A stretch of 64,000 bases of DNA from Candidatus Nomurabacteria bacterium (GTDB lineage Bacteria > Patescibacteriota > Minisyncoccia > Phycocordibacterales > UBA918), in the NCBI GenBank assembly GCA_023898585.1, contig CP060229.1, forward strand, positions 75,388 to 139,387, in the 5' to 3' direction. The notes beneath the pieces were generated by a model. It was not told the origin of the DNA. It saw nothing but the letters and a program-made list of their open reading frames with translations, and did not search any database. A program made the translations under genes and the position numbers. Below are positions 1 to 10,778 of this stretch, one piece after another. Each line of letters begins with the position of its first letter. The first letter of the stretch is position 1.

Positions 1-612
1 CACTGTGTGTAACTACTGTCTGCATGGTGAATACTATACAACAAAATAAAAAGGGGGCGAGTAACATATACCCCGCCCCCTTCAATTTTCACTTTTCATT
101 TTTTAAATGGTTTGCTATTACTACTCCAGACGAAGCCCGCCAAGTGAAAAAGCGTAACCAATAGTGTCCAAGGAAGTTTGAGCCACCTTATGAACTCAGA
201 GTCACCTGAGTTTTTTACAGTCCCCCTCAATTTTTCTTTCCGTAGTACACCGCTTACACTCCTCGGTTTCCGGTGAGGATTCCGATTCGCCCCATTCGTG
301 ACCTAAAACCATACAAATGATTTTGTTCGCCACATAAGAAAATATGTGAAGAAACAAAATACCGAGCAGATAGAAACCGGCAACGCAGCCTCCCACCAAC
401 CCTTCTTAGACATAATTCCACCTCCTTTGTCATTTGTTACTTCTTACGATGCTTACCCGATAATATGGTCGAGAAATATTTCAAAACGAAAACCAAGTCA
501 AAAACCAAGACGTCTGTGCTTTAGCATGTCTTTTAAAATTATCACAACAAACCGCTAGATTGAAAGTACCACGTTTTTGCATTTTGACAATGGTTTTTGT
601 ATAGTGTCCCTG

Positions 613-1794
613 ATGTACATATTGTCGATAGAAACCTCTTGTGACGAAACTGCTCTCAGCCTGGTGAAAACCGAAGGGAGCTTTCCACATGCCTCTTACG
701 ATATACTAGGAAACGAGCTCTGGTCACAAATTGACATTCATAAAGAATACGGTGGCGTTTTCCCTGCTCTAGCCAAAAGAGAACACGCTACCACAATTGT
801 CCCGTTGCTAAAAAAAATAATAAAGGAATCAGAAGATTTTGGCCCTGCTGTTATTTCAGAAATATCACCCCAAACCAAACAGGCAGTTGAAAAAATCCTT
901 GAACGGGAACCCAGTTTGGCTGAACAACTGTTTGCCTTTCACGATGAATATGGGGCTCAAACGATTGATTTAATAACGGTAACAAACGGACCCGGGTTAG
1001 AGCCGGCACTTTGGGTCGGTGTAAATTTCGCCAAAGCTCTGAGCTTACTCTGGGATGTGCCAGTCGTTCCTGTCAATCATATGGAAGGTCACATATTGGC
1101 AAGTATTTTTGATGCTGAGCGCGACAATCAACTTTCAGATATATCTTTTCCGGCGATATCCCTTCTTATTTCCGGCGGTCATACAGAACTCATTCTCATG
1201 AATAATTGGGGTAACTATGAAAAGATAGGACAGACACGAGACGACGCGGTGGGTGAAGCTTTCGACAAAGTTGCCAGAATGATTGGTCTACCTTATCCCG
1301 GCGGTCCGGAAATTTCTCGACTGGCAAGTGAAGCAAGAAAGAGAAATCTGCCAGAATATGTAAAACTTCCGATTCCTATGCTTCACTCCGGTGATCTTGA
1401 TTTCTCATTTTCAGGACTTAAGACCGCAGTTCGCTATGCAATCCAGGAAAAGTCCCTTACGGACGATGAGAAGGCTTCCTTAGCCAGAGATTTTGAGGAC
1501 GCAGTGACTACTGTCTTACTTAAAAAAACCTCGGACGCTGTTGAAGCGCATGGTGCCAAGACATTGATTGTAGGTGGCGGTGTTAGCAACAGCAAATACA
1601 TCAAGACCACATTTGACTCCAACTTTTTGACAAAACACCCGGACGTGACAGTCTACTTCCCCAAACCAGGCCTTTCAACCGACAACAGCATAATGATAGC
1701 TCTCGCCGGACACGCTCACGCGAGTAGCGCTTTGTTGCCAACCGGGACCGATGTTATACGCGCTGAAGGTAATAAATCCTTAACAGAACGATAG
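613..1794 (+). CDS. tsaD: tRNA N6-adenosine threonylcarbamoyltransferase TsaD (Kae1/YgjD family)
   Basis: ORF 577..1794; SIETSCDETALSLV N-terminal signature and HMEGH metal site; start placed at MYILSIETS (613). Confidence 0.85.
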   Translation: MYILSIETSCDETALSLVKTEGSFPHASYDILGNELWSQIDIHKEYGGVFPALAKREHATTIVPLLKKIIKESEDFGPAVISEISPQTKQAVEKILEREPSLAEQLFAFHDEYGAQTIDLITVTNGPGLEPALWVGVNFAKALSLLWDVPVVPVNHMEGHILASIFDAERDNQLSDISFPAISLLISGGHTELILMNNWGNYEKIGQTRDDAVGEAFDKVARMIGLPYPGGPEISRLASEARKRNLPEYVKLPIPMLHSGDLDFSFSGLKTAVRYAIQEKSLTDDEKASLARDFEDAVTTVLLKKTSDAVEAHGAKTLIVGGGVSNSKYIKTTFDSNFLTKHPDVTVYFPKPGLSTDNSIMIALAGHAHASSALLPTGTDVIRAEGNKSLTER

Positions 1795-2041
1795 ACTTCT
1801 CCTTGCGATTTTTACAAAAAAGAGCTATAAACAATTAGCTTTAAGCCGATCATTTCAGAATCCCCCCGGTGTTGATAACGGCCACTTGTCATAAAAAATA
1901 CCCGTAAGGGATCAGTTCACGAACATTCCATATCATTTGGTATGTTTTCCCCTGTGGACTGATCCCTTATAGGTATTTTGCATTGTCCCATTCCATGCTA
2001 CTATCGCCTTATTACTGGCGGTATTCTTATTATCAACACCT

Positions 2042-4201
2042 ATGAAGGAAGAGCGACAATCACAAATCCCGGAGGTTTTTTTATCTCCCTACGACCCGGC
2101 GAAACACGAAAAACGTATCTATCAGCTTTGGGAAGAATCCGGATTTTTTAATCCTGATAATTTGCCAGGTGAGCGTAGCGAACCCTTCACAATCGTAATG
2201 CCTCCACCAAACGCCAACGGTTCTCTCCACGCGGGTCATGGCCTCGTTTTCGCCATCGAAGACACCATGATGCGCTTTGAACGTATGCGAGGCAAGAAAG
2301 CACTCTGGTTACCGGGTGCTGACCATGCTGGTTTTGAAACTCAAGTAGTCTACGAAAAGAAACTCCAGAAAGAAGGCCGTTCTCGTTTTCAAATGGAACC
2401 AAAGGATCTCTACAATGAGATCATGGATTTTACCATGTCAAACAAATCGATCATGGAAAATCAGATTCGTGAACTGGGCGCATCCTGCGATTGGTCTCGT
2501 TCACTTTTTACTCTTGACGATTCCGTAATCAAAATTGTTTACGACACTTTCAAAAAACTGGAGGAAGACGGACTTTTATATCGCGGAGCTCGCACTGTAA
2601 ACTGGTGCCCCAAACATCAAACTTCACTTTCCAATCTCGAAGTCAACTACAATGAAAAGACTGATCCTTTTTATTACTTCCAATACGGACCGTTTGTAAT
2701 CGGTACAGCAAGACCAGAGACAAAATTCGGCGACAAGTATGTAGTTATGCACCCGGATGATGCACGTTACGAAGATTTCCAGCATGGACAAAAAATTGAT
2801 CTCGAATGGATAAATGGACCGATTGTCGCGACCGTCATCAAAGACCAAGCGGGTGATCCAGAAATGGGCTCAGGTGTGATGACAATCACTCCTTGGCACT
2901 CCAACATTGATTTTGAAATCGCTAAACGACACGATTTAGACTACGAACAAATAATTGATTGGCGAGGTAAATTACTTCCTATCGCGGGAGAATTTGACGG
3001 AATGAACATTGAAGAAGCCCGCCAAAAAATTGTCGATAAGTTGGACAAAAAAGGATTGTTGGTAAAAATTGATGATAAGTACGACCATTCAGTTCCGTGT
3101 TGCTACAAATGCGACAAAGAAATTGAACCACAAATTCGCGAGCAATGGTTTGTTAAAATGCGACCTTTGGCGGATAAAGCCATAGAAGCGGTAGACTCAG
3201 GTAATGTCAAGTTCGTGACCAATCGCGACGAAAGGGTTTTTAGAGATTGGATGAGCAAAATTGATGATTGGAACATATCCAGACAAGTAGTTTGGGGTAT
3301 CCCAATTCCCGCCAAGGTATGTAGCGAATGCGGTCATGGCATGGTGGACTTGGAAAGCAAAATCACTAAGTGTGAAAAGTGCTCCGGTAAAGTCGAAAAA
3401 GATCCCGACACGTTCGATACATGGTTCTCATCAGGTCAGTGGCCTCTGGCAACGACCCACTATCCTGATGGAGACGATTTCAAACAACACTACCCTACTT
3501 CAGTCATGGAAACCGGCAAGGACATCATTTTTTTCTGGGTATCAAGAATGATCATGCTTGGTCTTTACAGAACCGGAAGAGTACCGTTTAAAAAAGTTTA
3601 TCTACACGGCATGGTACGTGATAAACACGGAAAGAAGATGAGTAAGAGTAAAGGCAACGTTATAGCACCAAGCGAAATTCAAGAACGTTTTGGAACCGAC
3701 GCCCTACGCATGGGCTTATTGGTTAACACCGCGCCGGGCAGTGACATGAATCTAGACCCTGATAAGGTGAATGCTTATAAAAAGTTCGCCAACAAAATCT
3801 GGAATATCACCCGTTTTGTACTGGAAAACACTTCCGACATGCCCGAGCAAGCAACCTTGACGGCCGATGATGCAGAAAATATCAAAGCTAAACTAAAAAC
3901 AACAATAGCGGAAATAACCAAGGACATGGAAAAAGACCGTTTCGACCTGGCATCGGAAAAACTTTACCATTTTGTTTGGAGTTATTTTGCGAGTGAGTTA
4001 CTGGAAGAGTCAAAACCTTTGCTTCAATCCGGTGATGCGTCAGTCAGAATATCGAGACAAAAACTTCTCAGAGAATACCTGATAACATCAATTAAACTGC
4101 TTCATCCTTTTATGCCGTTTGTTACTGAGACAATCTGGCAAGAACTGCCGGATGATATGAAAGATCACGCTGTCTTGATGGTAGCGCAGTGGCCCAAGTA
4201 A
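2042..4201 (+). CDS. valS: valine--tRNA ligase (class I aaRS), compact form lacking C-terminal coiled coil
   Basis: PPPNANGSLHAGHG (HIGH region, ValRS-like PPPN), KMSKSKGN (KMSKS), CP1 editing motif TARPETKFGDKYVVMHPDDARY. Confidence 0.8.
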   Translation: MKEERQSQIPEVFLSPYDPAKHEKRIYQLWEESGFFNPDNLPGERSEPFTIVMPPPNANGSLHAGHGLVFAIEDTMMRFERMRGKKALWLPGADHAGFETQVVYEKKLQKEGRSRFQMEPKDLYNEIMDFTMSNKSIMENQIRELGASCDWSRSLFTLDDSVIKIVYDTFKKLEEDGLLYRGARTVNWCPKHQTSLSNLEVNYNEKTDPFYYFQYGPFVIGTARPETKFGDKYVVMHPDDARYEDFQHGQKIDLEWINGPIVATVIKDQAGDPEMGSGVMTITPWHSNIDFEIAKRHDLDYEQIIDWRGKLLPIAGEFDGMNIEEARQKIVDKLDKKGLLVKIDDKYDHSVPCCYKCDKEIEPQIREQWFVKMRPLADKAIEAVDSGNVKFVTNRDERVFRDWMSKIDDWNISRQVVWGIPIPAKVCSECGHGMVDLESKITKCEKCSGKVEKDPDTFDTWFSSGQWPLATTHYPDGDDFKQHYPTSVMETGKDIIFFWVSRMIMLGLYRTGRVPFKKVYLHGMVRDKHGKKMSKSKGNVIAPSEIQERFGTDALRMGLLVNTAPGSDMNLDPDKVNAYKKFANKIWNITRFVLENTSDMPEQATLTADDAENIKAKLKTTIAEITKDMEKDRFDLASEKLYHFVWSYFASELLEESKPLLQSGDASVRISRQKLLREYLITSIKLLHPFMPFVTETIWQELPDDMKDHAVLMVAQWPK

Positions 4202-4339
4202 AAACACCAACCTAACTATACTCGTGACGGCCCGATAAGACACGATGGTCAGACCAGAAAAGAATGGTTCTCTCTCAACAGTCCCCACTTAACCGAACCT
4301 TTACTATTGTGGACACTATGTTTTGGTACAATAGTCTGA

Positions 4340-5044
4340 GTGGAATCAACCTATTTCGCCATAGCTTTTTTATCCGGACTGGTACCTGCCCTATTCTGGG
4401 TCTGGTTTTGGTTGCGAGAAGACAAAAAACGTCCCGAGCCTTATTTTTTAATAACGATATCATTTATCGCCGGCATGGCTGTAGTACCTATCGCCCTACC
4501 TTTACAACAACAGGCTTTGAATCTGTACACCGGAGATAACGTGATGTTGGTCTGGGTAATTATTGAAGAGTTATTGAAATACGCGGTTGCTTTGGTGTTA
4601 ATTTTCTGGAATAAGGAAGTAGACGAACCTATCGATATGGTCATTTACATGATCATGATCGCTCTTGGCTTTGCTGCGTTGGAAAACGCCTTATTTATAT
4701 TCAATCCACTCGTAATGGGTGATTACCTCAATTCCGTACTGACCGGCGGATTCAGATTCCTAGGAGCCAGCCTTCTTCATGTTTTAGCCTCAGGCACGGT
4801 CGGAGTTTGTCTGGCCTTGGCCTACTACAAACCAAAGCTTACCCAAGTCCTCATTGGCACGCTGGGGTTGTTCATAGCCATTGTGTTGCATGCCTTATTT
4901 AACTTTTTTATAATGGATGCAAATGGAGAGACTATTATAACCGTCTTCCTTTTTGTCTGGATGGGCATCATCCTTCTGTTTCTTCTTTTTGAAAAAATAA
5001 AACTGCTCGAACGTAGCCATAATCATCAACCAAAAATATCATGA
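4340..5044 (+). CDS. PrsW-family intramembrane glutamic protease (CPBP-like)
   Basis: multi-TM ORF with EELLKY (EExxK), FAALENALF (FxxxE) and HALFNF motifs typical of PrsW/PF13367. Confidence 0.6.
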   Translation: MESTYFAIAFLSGLVPALFWVWFWLREDKKRPEPYFLITISFIAGMAVVPIALPLQQQALNLYTGDNVMLVWVIIEELLKYAVALVLIFWNKEVDEPIDMVIYMIMIALGFAALENALFIFNPLVMGDYLNSVLTGGFRFLGASLLHVLASGTVGVCLALAYYKPKLTQVLIGTLGLFIAIVLHALFNFFIMDANGETIITVFLFVWMGIILLFLLFEKIKLLERSHNHQPKIS

Positions 5045-5553
5045 AAAAACCATCATTTTTAGAGAGACTTACCGGCAATCAAGCGGATGAGTATGATCGC
5101 GTTTTAGACGAAGACCATGAATTTGGCGAGGATGACGATTTGGCCGTCGAGGATGATAACCAGCAAGAAGATGATTGGCGAAACGAGGAGAGCGACGGCA
5201 ACGACCAGCAAGACGGGGAGTTACCGGTCGATATGTACCAGACCGACGAAATGATAGTAATTCGAGCCCTCGTTGCCGGGGTTAGTCCGAATGATCTGGA
5301 AATCTCAATTACTAGAGATATGGTGACCATGAGAGGAGTGCGTGAAGAGTACCAAGAAGCACCGGATGATGGATATTTTCATCGGGAATTGTTCTGGGGT
5401 AGTTTTTCCCGCACTCTCCTTTTGCCGGAAGAAGTAGCTATTGATGAAGCGGAAGCACAAGAGAAACACGGATTACTTGAGATCAAACTTCCCAAATTAG
5501 ACAAACACCGCTCGACCCAACTTAAAGTCAGAACAAATGCCGGACATAAGTAG
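5041..5553 (+). CDS. Hsp20/alpha-crystallin family small heat-shock protein with acidic N-terminal extension
   Basis: alpha-crystallin domain pattern (VDMYQTDEMIVIRALVAGV...ISITRDMVTMRG...LEIKLPK); Asp/Glu-rich N-terminus. Confidence 0.75.
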   Translation: MKKPSFLERLTGNQADEYDRVLDEDHEFGEDDDLAVEDDNQQEDDWRNEESDGNDQQDGELPVDMYQTDEMIVIRALVAGVSPNDLEISITRDMVTMRGVREEYQEAPDDGYFHRELFWGSFSRTLLLPEEVAIDEAEAQEKHGLLEIKLPKLDKHRSTQLKVRTNAGHK

Positions 5554-5612
5554 TGGTAAATCCTCGATGTAAACTGGTCGCTTTTTTTGGATATAGTCAA
5601 GTCAAATTGAAT

Positions 5613-5651
5613 AGAACACCAAGATCCTTTCGGCCTTGGTGTTCTTTTGTT
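5613..5651 (+). terminator. rho-independent terminator after Hsp20 gene
   Basis: 11-bp stem AGAACACCAAG/CTTGGTGTTCT followed by TTTTGTT. Confidence 0.6.
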
Positions 5652-5663
5652 ATAACCAAACTT

Positions 5664-5981
5664 TTACATGTAGGTAGCATGTGCTTCAATAATTTGAAGA
5701 ATAATCATCTTGCATTGTTGAATTGAAATAGACAGGTTTATAGAATCGCTCCCAAGATGACTATCATCCGACTGAAGAGTGAGTAATTTCTTTATGTCGC
5801 TGAACTTCTCCTCGCGAATGCTTGCTCCTTTGGGAATCCCGCTCAGCAGAGGGTCAAAGACAGCGTCACATAATGCGACAAACTTCTCTTCCTGCCCGCG
5901 AACACGTCCGCTGTCTTTCCACAAAAGACGCGTTTCTTTCAATTCCTGTAATGCTTGACGAACGTTGATTGTAGTACTCAT
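5664..5981 (-). CDS. hypothetical protein
   Basis: 105-aa ORF, no recognisable motif. Confidence 0.35.
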   Translation of the reverse strand: MSTTINVRQALQELKETRLLWKDSGRVRGQEEKFVALCDAVFDPLLSGIPKGASIREEKFSDIKKLLTLQSDDSHLGSDSINLSISIQQCKMIILQIIEAHATYM

Positions 5982-6199
5982 CTTTTCTCTAACCTCACTT
6001 TATACTTGTGAATTCAAACCTATCTACATTATAAGTTTGGTTCAAAAACAAACAATTTTCAAATCTGTGGTCTGGTTGTCTAAAATATACGGATAAAAAG
6101 ACCTGCTAGTCTTTATTTGGGCGTGATTCGAAACAAATTAAACATAAACAAAGCGCCGATAACAGATTTCGGCGCTTAGTAGCAGTCTCATTCCAACCC

Positions 6200-6385
6200 T
6201 TACTCTTCGAGTCCTACTTCAATGTATGTTGATACCACCTGACCCGAAGCTTGTCGGATGTCTACCAATTGAATAGCGGTATGATCTTCAAGCTGAACAG
6301 GTTCATCTCTAAACCCCAAAACTGTCCCGACAACTTCAGGAGTTGGTAAGCCATTCTTATTGTATGTCTTGTGAATTTTCTCCAT
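6200..6385 (-). CDS. hypothetical protein
   Basis: 61-aa ORF, no recognisable motif. Confidence 0.3.
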   Translation of the reverse strand: MEKIHKTYNKNGLPTPEVVGTVLGFRDEPVQLEDHTAIQLVDIRQASGQVVSTYIEVGLEE

Positions 6386-6804
6386 TTTATTATCCTCTAT
6401 TTATCACAGTCAAAAAGAACACCGAGGAAATCAGAAATGATCCCGCCCACTATAATTTAAACATTTTATGAACAGGAAAGAAAACAGATTTAGACAATTG
6501 AATTAGGTACCGACAAGCAGTGAGTTCAGTTACTCTTTCCTTCCCACATCAAAATTCAGGGAAATTAGAAGTTTTTCATTGTAAAGTAGAAGTCCTTGAG
6601 GTGTGCTTGGGAGCAGTTCGGTCAATCTTGGTTATGGTTTACAGGCATATTGGCGCAGGTTACTAAGTGTTTTCTCTAGCTTCGCTAGTTGCGAGCACTA
6701 AGTACCTACTGCCCCAGCTCGCCTATTTTTGTGCTAGGAGAGGCACAAAAATTATGGCTCCGCTTCACAAAGACGTACGCAAGCAAAGCAGTTTGCCTGC
6801 TAAC

Positions 6805-6838
6805 AGAAAAAACACCAGACACGTGTCTGGTGTTTTTT
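6805..6838. terminator. bidirectional hairpin terminator (3' of tRNA-Phe)
   Basis: perfect palindrome AACACCAGACACGTGTCTGGTGTT flanked by A6 and T6 runs. Confidence 0.6.
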
Positions 6839-6852
6839 CTGTTACGTCTTTG

Positions 6853-6925
6853 TGCTTGGGAGCAGGCTCGAACTGCTGACCCTTCGCTCTTCAGGCGAAT
6901 GCTCTACCAACTGAGCTACCCAAGC
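6853..6925 (-). tRNA. tRNA-Phe(GAA)
   Basis: reverse complement GCTTGGGTAGCTCAGTTGGTAGAGC...CTGAAGA...GGTCAGCAGTTCGAGCCTGCTCCCAAGCA; cloverleaf with GAA anticodon; CCA not encoded. Confidence 0.85.
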
Positions 6926-7024
6926 ATGTTTTCCCGACCTATAATTTAAATAAGTAGTGGTTGCTATTCTACCTTTTTCTCGGTTTTTTTCAAATTTTTC
7001 GCTTTTATTCTTATCCAGCTATTA

Positions 7025-7321
7025 TTAATTGGAACCACCTTTAGCCGCTTCGTAAAATTGCTTCCAGCCGGGTATTTCTTGTAAGCCCTGCTGAAAAGTC
7101 TCAAAAGAAGACCCAAAAGATTCGAAATAAGGTTCGATTACGTAGTAGTAGAGTATGAAAGGAACACCGATTAAGAATAACGACCAGGCCACTCTTACCC
7201 AAAAAGACCAAATCGAACGTCTATTAAGAGTTCTGAGGAGTTGATTGTTTTCTGTCAACAATCGTTGGTTTTCTAGTACTAAATCACGCAATAACTGATT
7301 CTCGTCTTTTTCGGGCGACAT
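7025..7321 (-). CDS. hypothetical small membrane/coiled-coil protein
   Basis: ORF 7025..7411 trimmed to internal ATG (MSPEKDENQLL...); C-terminal TM helix. Confidence 0.35.
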   Translation of the reverse strand: MSPEKDENQLLRDLVLENQRLLTENNQLLRTLNRRSIWSFWVRVAWSLFLIGVPFILYYYVIEPYFESFGSSFETFQQGLQEIPGWKQFYEAAKGGSN

Positions 7322-7462
7322 AATTAAAGTATAGCAGACTGTGCGTGAACAAAATTGAAAATATGCTAGAGTATGTTGACTTTTTAAAGTAATGAACATT
7401 TTGTAAGGCAATCAAACAAATTTTATATGTAACCCTAAAGACATGTTTAACAACAATACCTT

Positions 7463-7534
7463 GCCCTCGTAGTTCAATGGATAGAACAGCACACTCCTAA
7501 CGTGCTAATGTAGGTTCGATTCCTACCGAGGGCA
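7463..7534 (+). tRNA. tRNA-Arg(CCT)
   Basis: GCCCTCGTAGTTCAATGGATAGAAC...CTCCTAA...GTAGGTTCGATTCCTACCGAGGGCA; perfect 7-bp acceptor; anticodon CCT (A31:C39 mismatch in anticodon stem). Confidence 0.8.
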
Positions 7535-9048
7535 CAAAACAAGACTTCTGACGAAGTCAACGAGCGCGGAGAAGCCGCGCGAGAAAAAGAAAAAGGAGAA
7601 ATACGCCGTCGCGTAGCGACGAAATGGCTGGGCGAGGGCACGGAAAAGTGGGCGGTTTTGTCACGAACCACATGGTTCGTTCCGATTTTTTGGACGAAGT
7701 CGGCAATTTCGGAGAAATTGTCAGACGAGGACAAAAAAGCGGCTTGTTTCGTATCCAAAACCCACTCCCGCAAGGGTTCGACCCAAGTATTTCCCCGACG
7801 TTCACAATCTTTCTTCTTCTCGTTCAAAGTGGCGAGAGAGCGCATAGTAGTGTCTTTCTTTTTTAGATAAATCTCTTTCGGTATGTCTCCGTCCAAATAC
7901 GCAGATACTAGCTTCTCCATGCGCTCCTCGTCCGCTTTGATTTTGGCAGAAAGATTTTGAACATCACTTTGCGATGAGTTAGTTTCTTCACGCTCCCATT
8001 CGTCAATTTTCGCCAACATCCAGTCAGCGTACTCATCGCAAAGTGAAATTGTTTGAAGCCGATCCTTAATTTGTGCAACGAGGTCTTTCTCTTGTACATA
8101 CCCTTGCGAGCAAGCGCCGTGCTTCTTGGTACAGCGATAGTAGCGATACACTCCACCATTGCCCTTAGCGTGTTGCGCCGTGAACATGCCGCCGCACTCA
8201 CCACAACGGAACAGTCCTAAAAACGGAAAATCATGGCGGTTTCTTCGCATCGGCGCACGCGCTTTGCTCGCAAGAACTTTTTGCACGGCTTCAAACAATG
8301 TCGGGGAAATAATTGGTTCAAATGTGCCGTCAAACCATTCTTCATTGTGACGAACAAATCCGAGATAAGCACGATTGCTCAAAAGGTGTTTGATGGCACA
8401 TTTGGCAAGTGGCTTTCCTTTCGAACTGGTAACGCCTAAATCCACCAAAAACTGCGACAAAGAAACCAGTCCATGTGTACCTTTCGCATATTCCTCAAAA
8501 GCGTGCTGCACAATCTTGGCGTTCACCTCATGCGGTTCTATCTGCCGAGTACGCGGATTGTTCACATACCCAAATGGCGCTTTTGTGAGCCACTCACCTC
8601 GTCGCAGTTTTTGGCGGATGCCTCTTTTCACATTTTGTACCAGATTGTCTGAGTAGTATTTACTTTGCCCAAAAGCCACTTGCAACATAAAGAGCCCTTG
8701 TGGAGTGGGTTCAAACCAAAATGTCGGAAAGCGCAAAGACGCGATTCTCTCGGTATCTACGGCATATATGACGCGCCCACCGTCAATCGAATTGCGCGCC
8801 AATCTATCGGGATGCCAACCAAGAATGCCCTGCGCTTCTCCCGATTCAATACGCGTCATCATCTCATTAAAAATCGGACGACCGGGTGTCTTTGCGCTTT
8901 TCGACTCTTGAAACTCCGCTAGGATTTCAAGATTTTCTTTACGCGCAAATTCACGTAGTTCAAACAACTGGGCTTCAATACTCATGACTTGCTTATCGTC
9001 ATCTTCTGTTGATTTGCGAGCGTATAGAAAATATTTTGGTTTGATCAT
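7474..9048 (-). CDS. large serine recombinase (resolvase/invertase catalytic domain + recombinase domain + zinc ribbon)
   Basis: MIKPKYFLYARKSTEDDDKQ... with catalytic Ser in YARKST, Cys cluster CGECGG...C, ~524 aa; start at ATG 9048 (the ORF upstream extension lies in repeat sequence); 3' end overlaps tRNA-Arg on the opposite strand. Confidence 0.85.
   Translation of the reverse strand: MIKPKYFLYARKSTEDDDKQVMSIEAQLFELREFARKENLEILAEFQESKSAKTPGRPIFNEMMTRIESGEAQGILGWHPDRLARNSIDGGRVIYAVDTERIASLRFPTFWFEPTPQGLFMLQVAFGQSKYYSDNLVQNVKRGIRQKLRRGEWLTKAPFGYVNNPRTRQIEPHEVNAKIVQHAFEEYAKGTHGLVSLSQFLVDLGVTSSKGKPLAKCAIKHLLSNRAYLGFVRHNEEWFDGTFEPIISPTLFEAVQKVLASKARAPMRRNRHDFPFLGLFRCGECGGMFTAQHAKGNGGVYRYYRCTKKHGACSQGYVQEKDLVAQIKDRLQTISLCDEYADWMLAKIDEWEREETNSSQSDVQNLSAKIKADEERMEKLVSAYLDGDIPKEIYLKKKDTTMRSLATLNEKKKDCERRGNTWVEPLREWVLDTKQAAFLSSSDNFSEIADFVQKIGTNHVVRDKTAHFSVPSPSHFVATRRRISPFSFSRAASPRSLTSSEVLFCALGRNRTYISTLGVCCSIH
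7597..7721 (+). repeat. core+Y repeat (direct copy of 13838..13945; core GGCACGGAAAAGTGGGCGGTTTTGT at 7633..7657)
   Basis: about 120 bp near-identical to 13838..13945; the core is present inverted at 9095..9119. Confidence 0.8.
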
Positions 9049-9059
9049 AATTTTGAAAA

Positions 9060-9600
9060 AATTATTTTTGGATACGAAACAAGAAACAAAACCGCCCACT
9101 TTTCCGTGCCTCACCCTGTCCGATTTCGTCTCACAGCGACGGGCTGTATTTGGTTTTGTTTCCTCGCGCCGCTCGGTCGCTATTAGTTGACCTTCGGACG
9201 AAGAAGTCTTGTTTTGTGCAGAAATACTGACCTTTGCTCGAACCCATTTCGAGAACCGATGAACATACCATGATCGTTCACGCGCCGAGCGCGTGGTGAT
9301 GCGGACGCGAAGCGTACGCATTGGGGAATACATGTTTGGGCGCGCTCCGTCCTCTCACTCCGTCGTCGCTAAGCGTGCCGTACGGCCACGCATTTCTTCG
9401 CCTCCGTTCGTGCGGCTCCTCGCAAAACCCCATTTTCCTCCGCCGAAAGGCCAAAATATTGAAAAGGAAATGGTTGGTTTTGCTTGCGTAGGGCTGCTTT
9501 ATCAACATGTGCTGTATTATATAACATTGGATAGTAAACAAAAGTAAGTATAATTAAAACTTGTTAATGTTATGACGACTGCAATAGAAAAGCTGGCTAA
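9060..9600 (-). repeat. core+X inverted-repeat arm (reverse complement matches 13381..13900)
   Basis: blockwise reverse-complement alignment of 9061..9600 to 13381..13900 with several small indels; also inner IR 9064..9090 matching 7738..7762. Confidence 0.8.
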
Positions 9601-9785
9601 GAATATTAAGATTATTAGGATTAAAACATGTCACAGGGTGACATCTGTAGAGATGCAGCAAAGGCAGGACCGTTCTTTCATACATACAACATTGAGGCTG
9701 GCAAATCAAAAATAACGCTTTGAAAACATTGAACGTATCGCTAAGGCTTTCGGTGTTACTTGTGATGAGCTTTTTGAATAAACGC

Positions 9786-10777
9786 ATGTCTCAAGAGGGA
9801 GGAAAAAAGAAAATACTGTCACATCATAATGTTTGCGGGATGTGGGGGTCTCGATACACTGTTTGAGTGGTTTTGAATCCCTTGAAAAAAAGTACGAGGA
9901 AAAGAAATTTTTATATAGATAATGCTAAAACGTTGATCCATCACTTGTTTAACGTTTAAATTGTACTTCAACCACGAGATAGAATGCGGTAGGATAGTCC
10001 ATGATATAGATGGTACACATAACTCTATTTTGTCGCTCATTCCAAAGTCGACGGATGTAGTTTGGGTGGCTTCCCCTGCCAAGAATTTAGTCAAACAGGC
10101 AAAAGACGGAGAAGGCTTCAACAGCGGAGAAAGGAGTTCTATACGCAGTATGGCGGAAGTCATAAAGAGAACAAAACCGATGGTGAATTTATAGACAGAA
10201 AACGTTAAATGATCTGCTCACTGATTTTGATGGTGGTACTGCCATCGATATTATTAAGGAAGATTTTGCTTCGGCGGTTATCATGTAAATCACAAACTGC
10301 TGGTTTGCGGATTTGATTATGGTGCCTCAAACACGAGAACAAGTGATAATTGTTGGAACAAAAAAGGTGTTTTGCCGAGATTTGAAGATAGTGATTACCA
10401 AAGCCAACACATGCCAATAAGCATGTTTCTGTAGGAGAAGCGCTGTCGATCTAGAAAGCGTCGAGGAAGGTGGCTTTTCCAATCATTATTGGTCGAAGGC
10501 AAAAAAGAATAAGGGGCAAGGAAATAATGTTATTCACAAAGACAAACCGGGGCCAACAATGAGAACAGAACATCATGGAAACATAGAATTTCACTGGAAC
10601 GGAAAACGTAGATTATCAGCGCGTGAAGCTGCTCGTATACAATCATTTCCTGATGATATGGAATTTCTACCATCTACCTCTCAAGCATATAAACAAATAG
10701 GAAATGCCGTACCCCCTATTTTAGGGTGGCACGTGGCAAAATCCGTAGAATCATTCCTAAACAGAAACTTGAAATAA
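9786..10777 (+). pseudogene. dcm: DNA (cytosine-5)-methyltransferase, frameshifted (Dcm-like)
   Basis: C5-MTase motifs in three different frames: motif I MFAGCGGLDTLFEWF (then TGA), motif IV GGFPCQEFS, motif VIII PQTRERVIIVG, motif X/C-terminus RRLSAREAARIQSFPDD...QIGNAVPP (ORF 10559..10777). Confidence 0.75.
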
Positions 10778-10778
10778 C

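Noticed and set aside
1-576. Looked for SRP RNA, tmRNA or 6S RNA in the gene-free first 570 bp
   Set aside because: No conserved SRP domain-IV or tmRNA tag or tRNA-like motifs were recognised by eye. Only a GC-rich hairpin terminator is visible at about 44..75. A covariance-model scan would be needed.
6754-6879. 41-codon ORF (MAPLHKDVRK...) preceded by a strong AGGAGAGG ribosome-binding site
   Set aside because: It overlaps the tRNA-Phe gene and its terminator on the opposite strand, and the apparent RBS is the loop of a 10-bp hairpin. No support for a real small protein.
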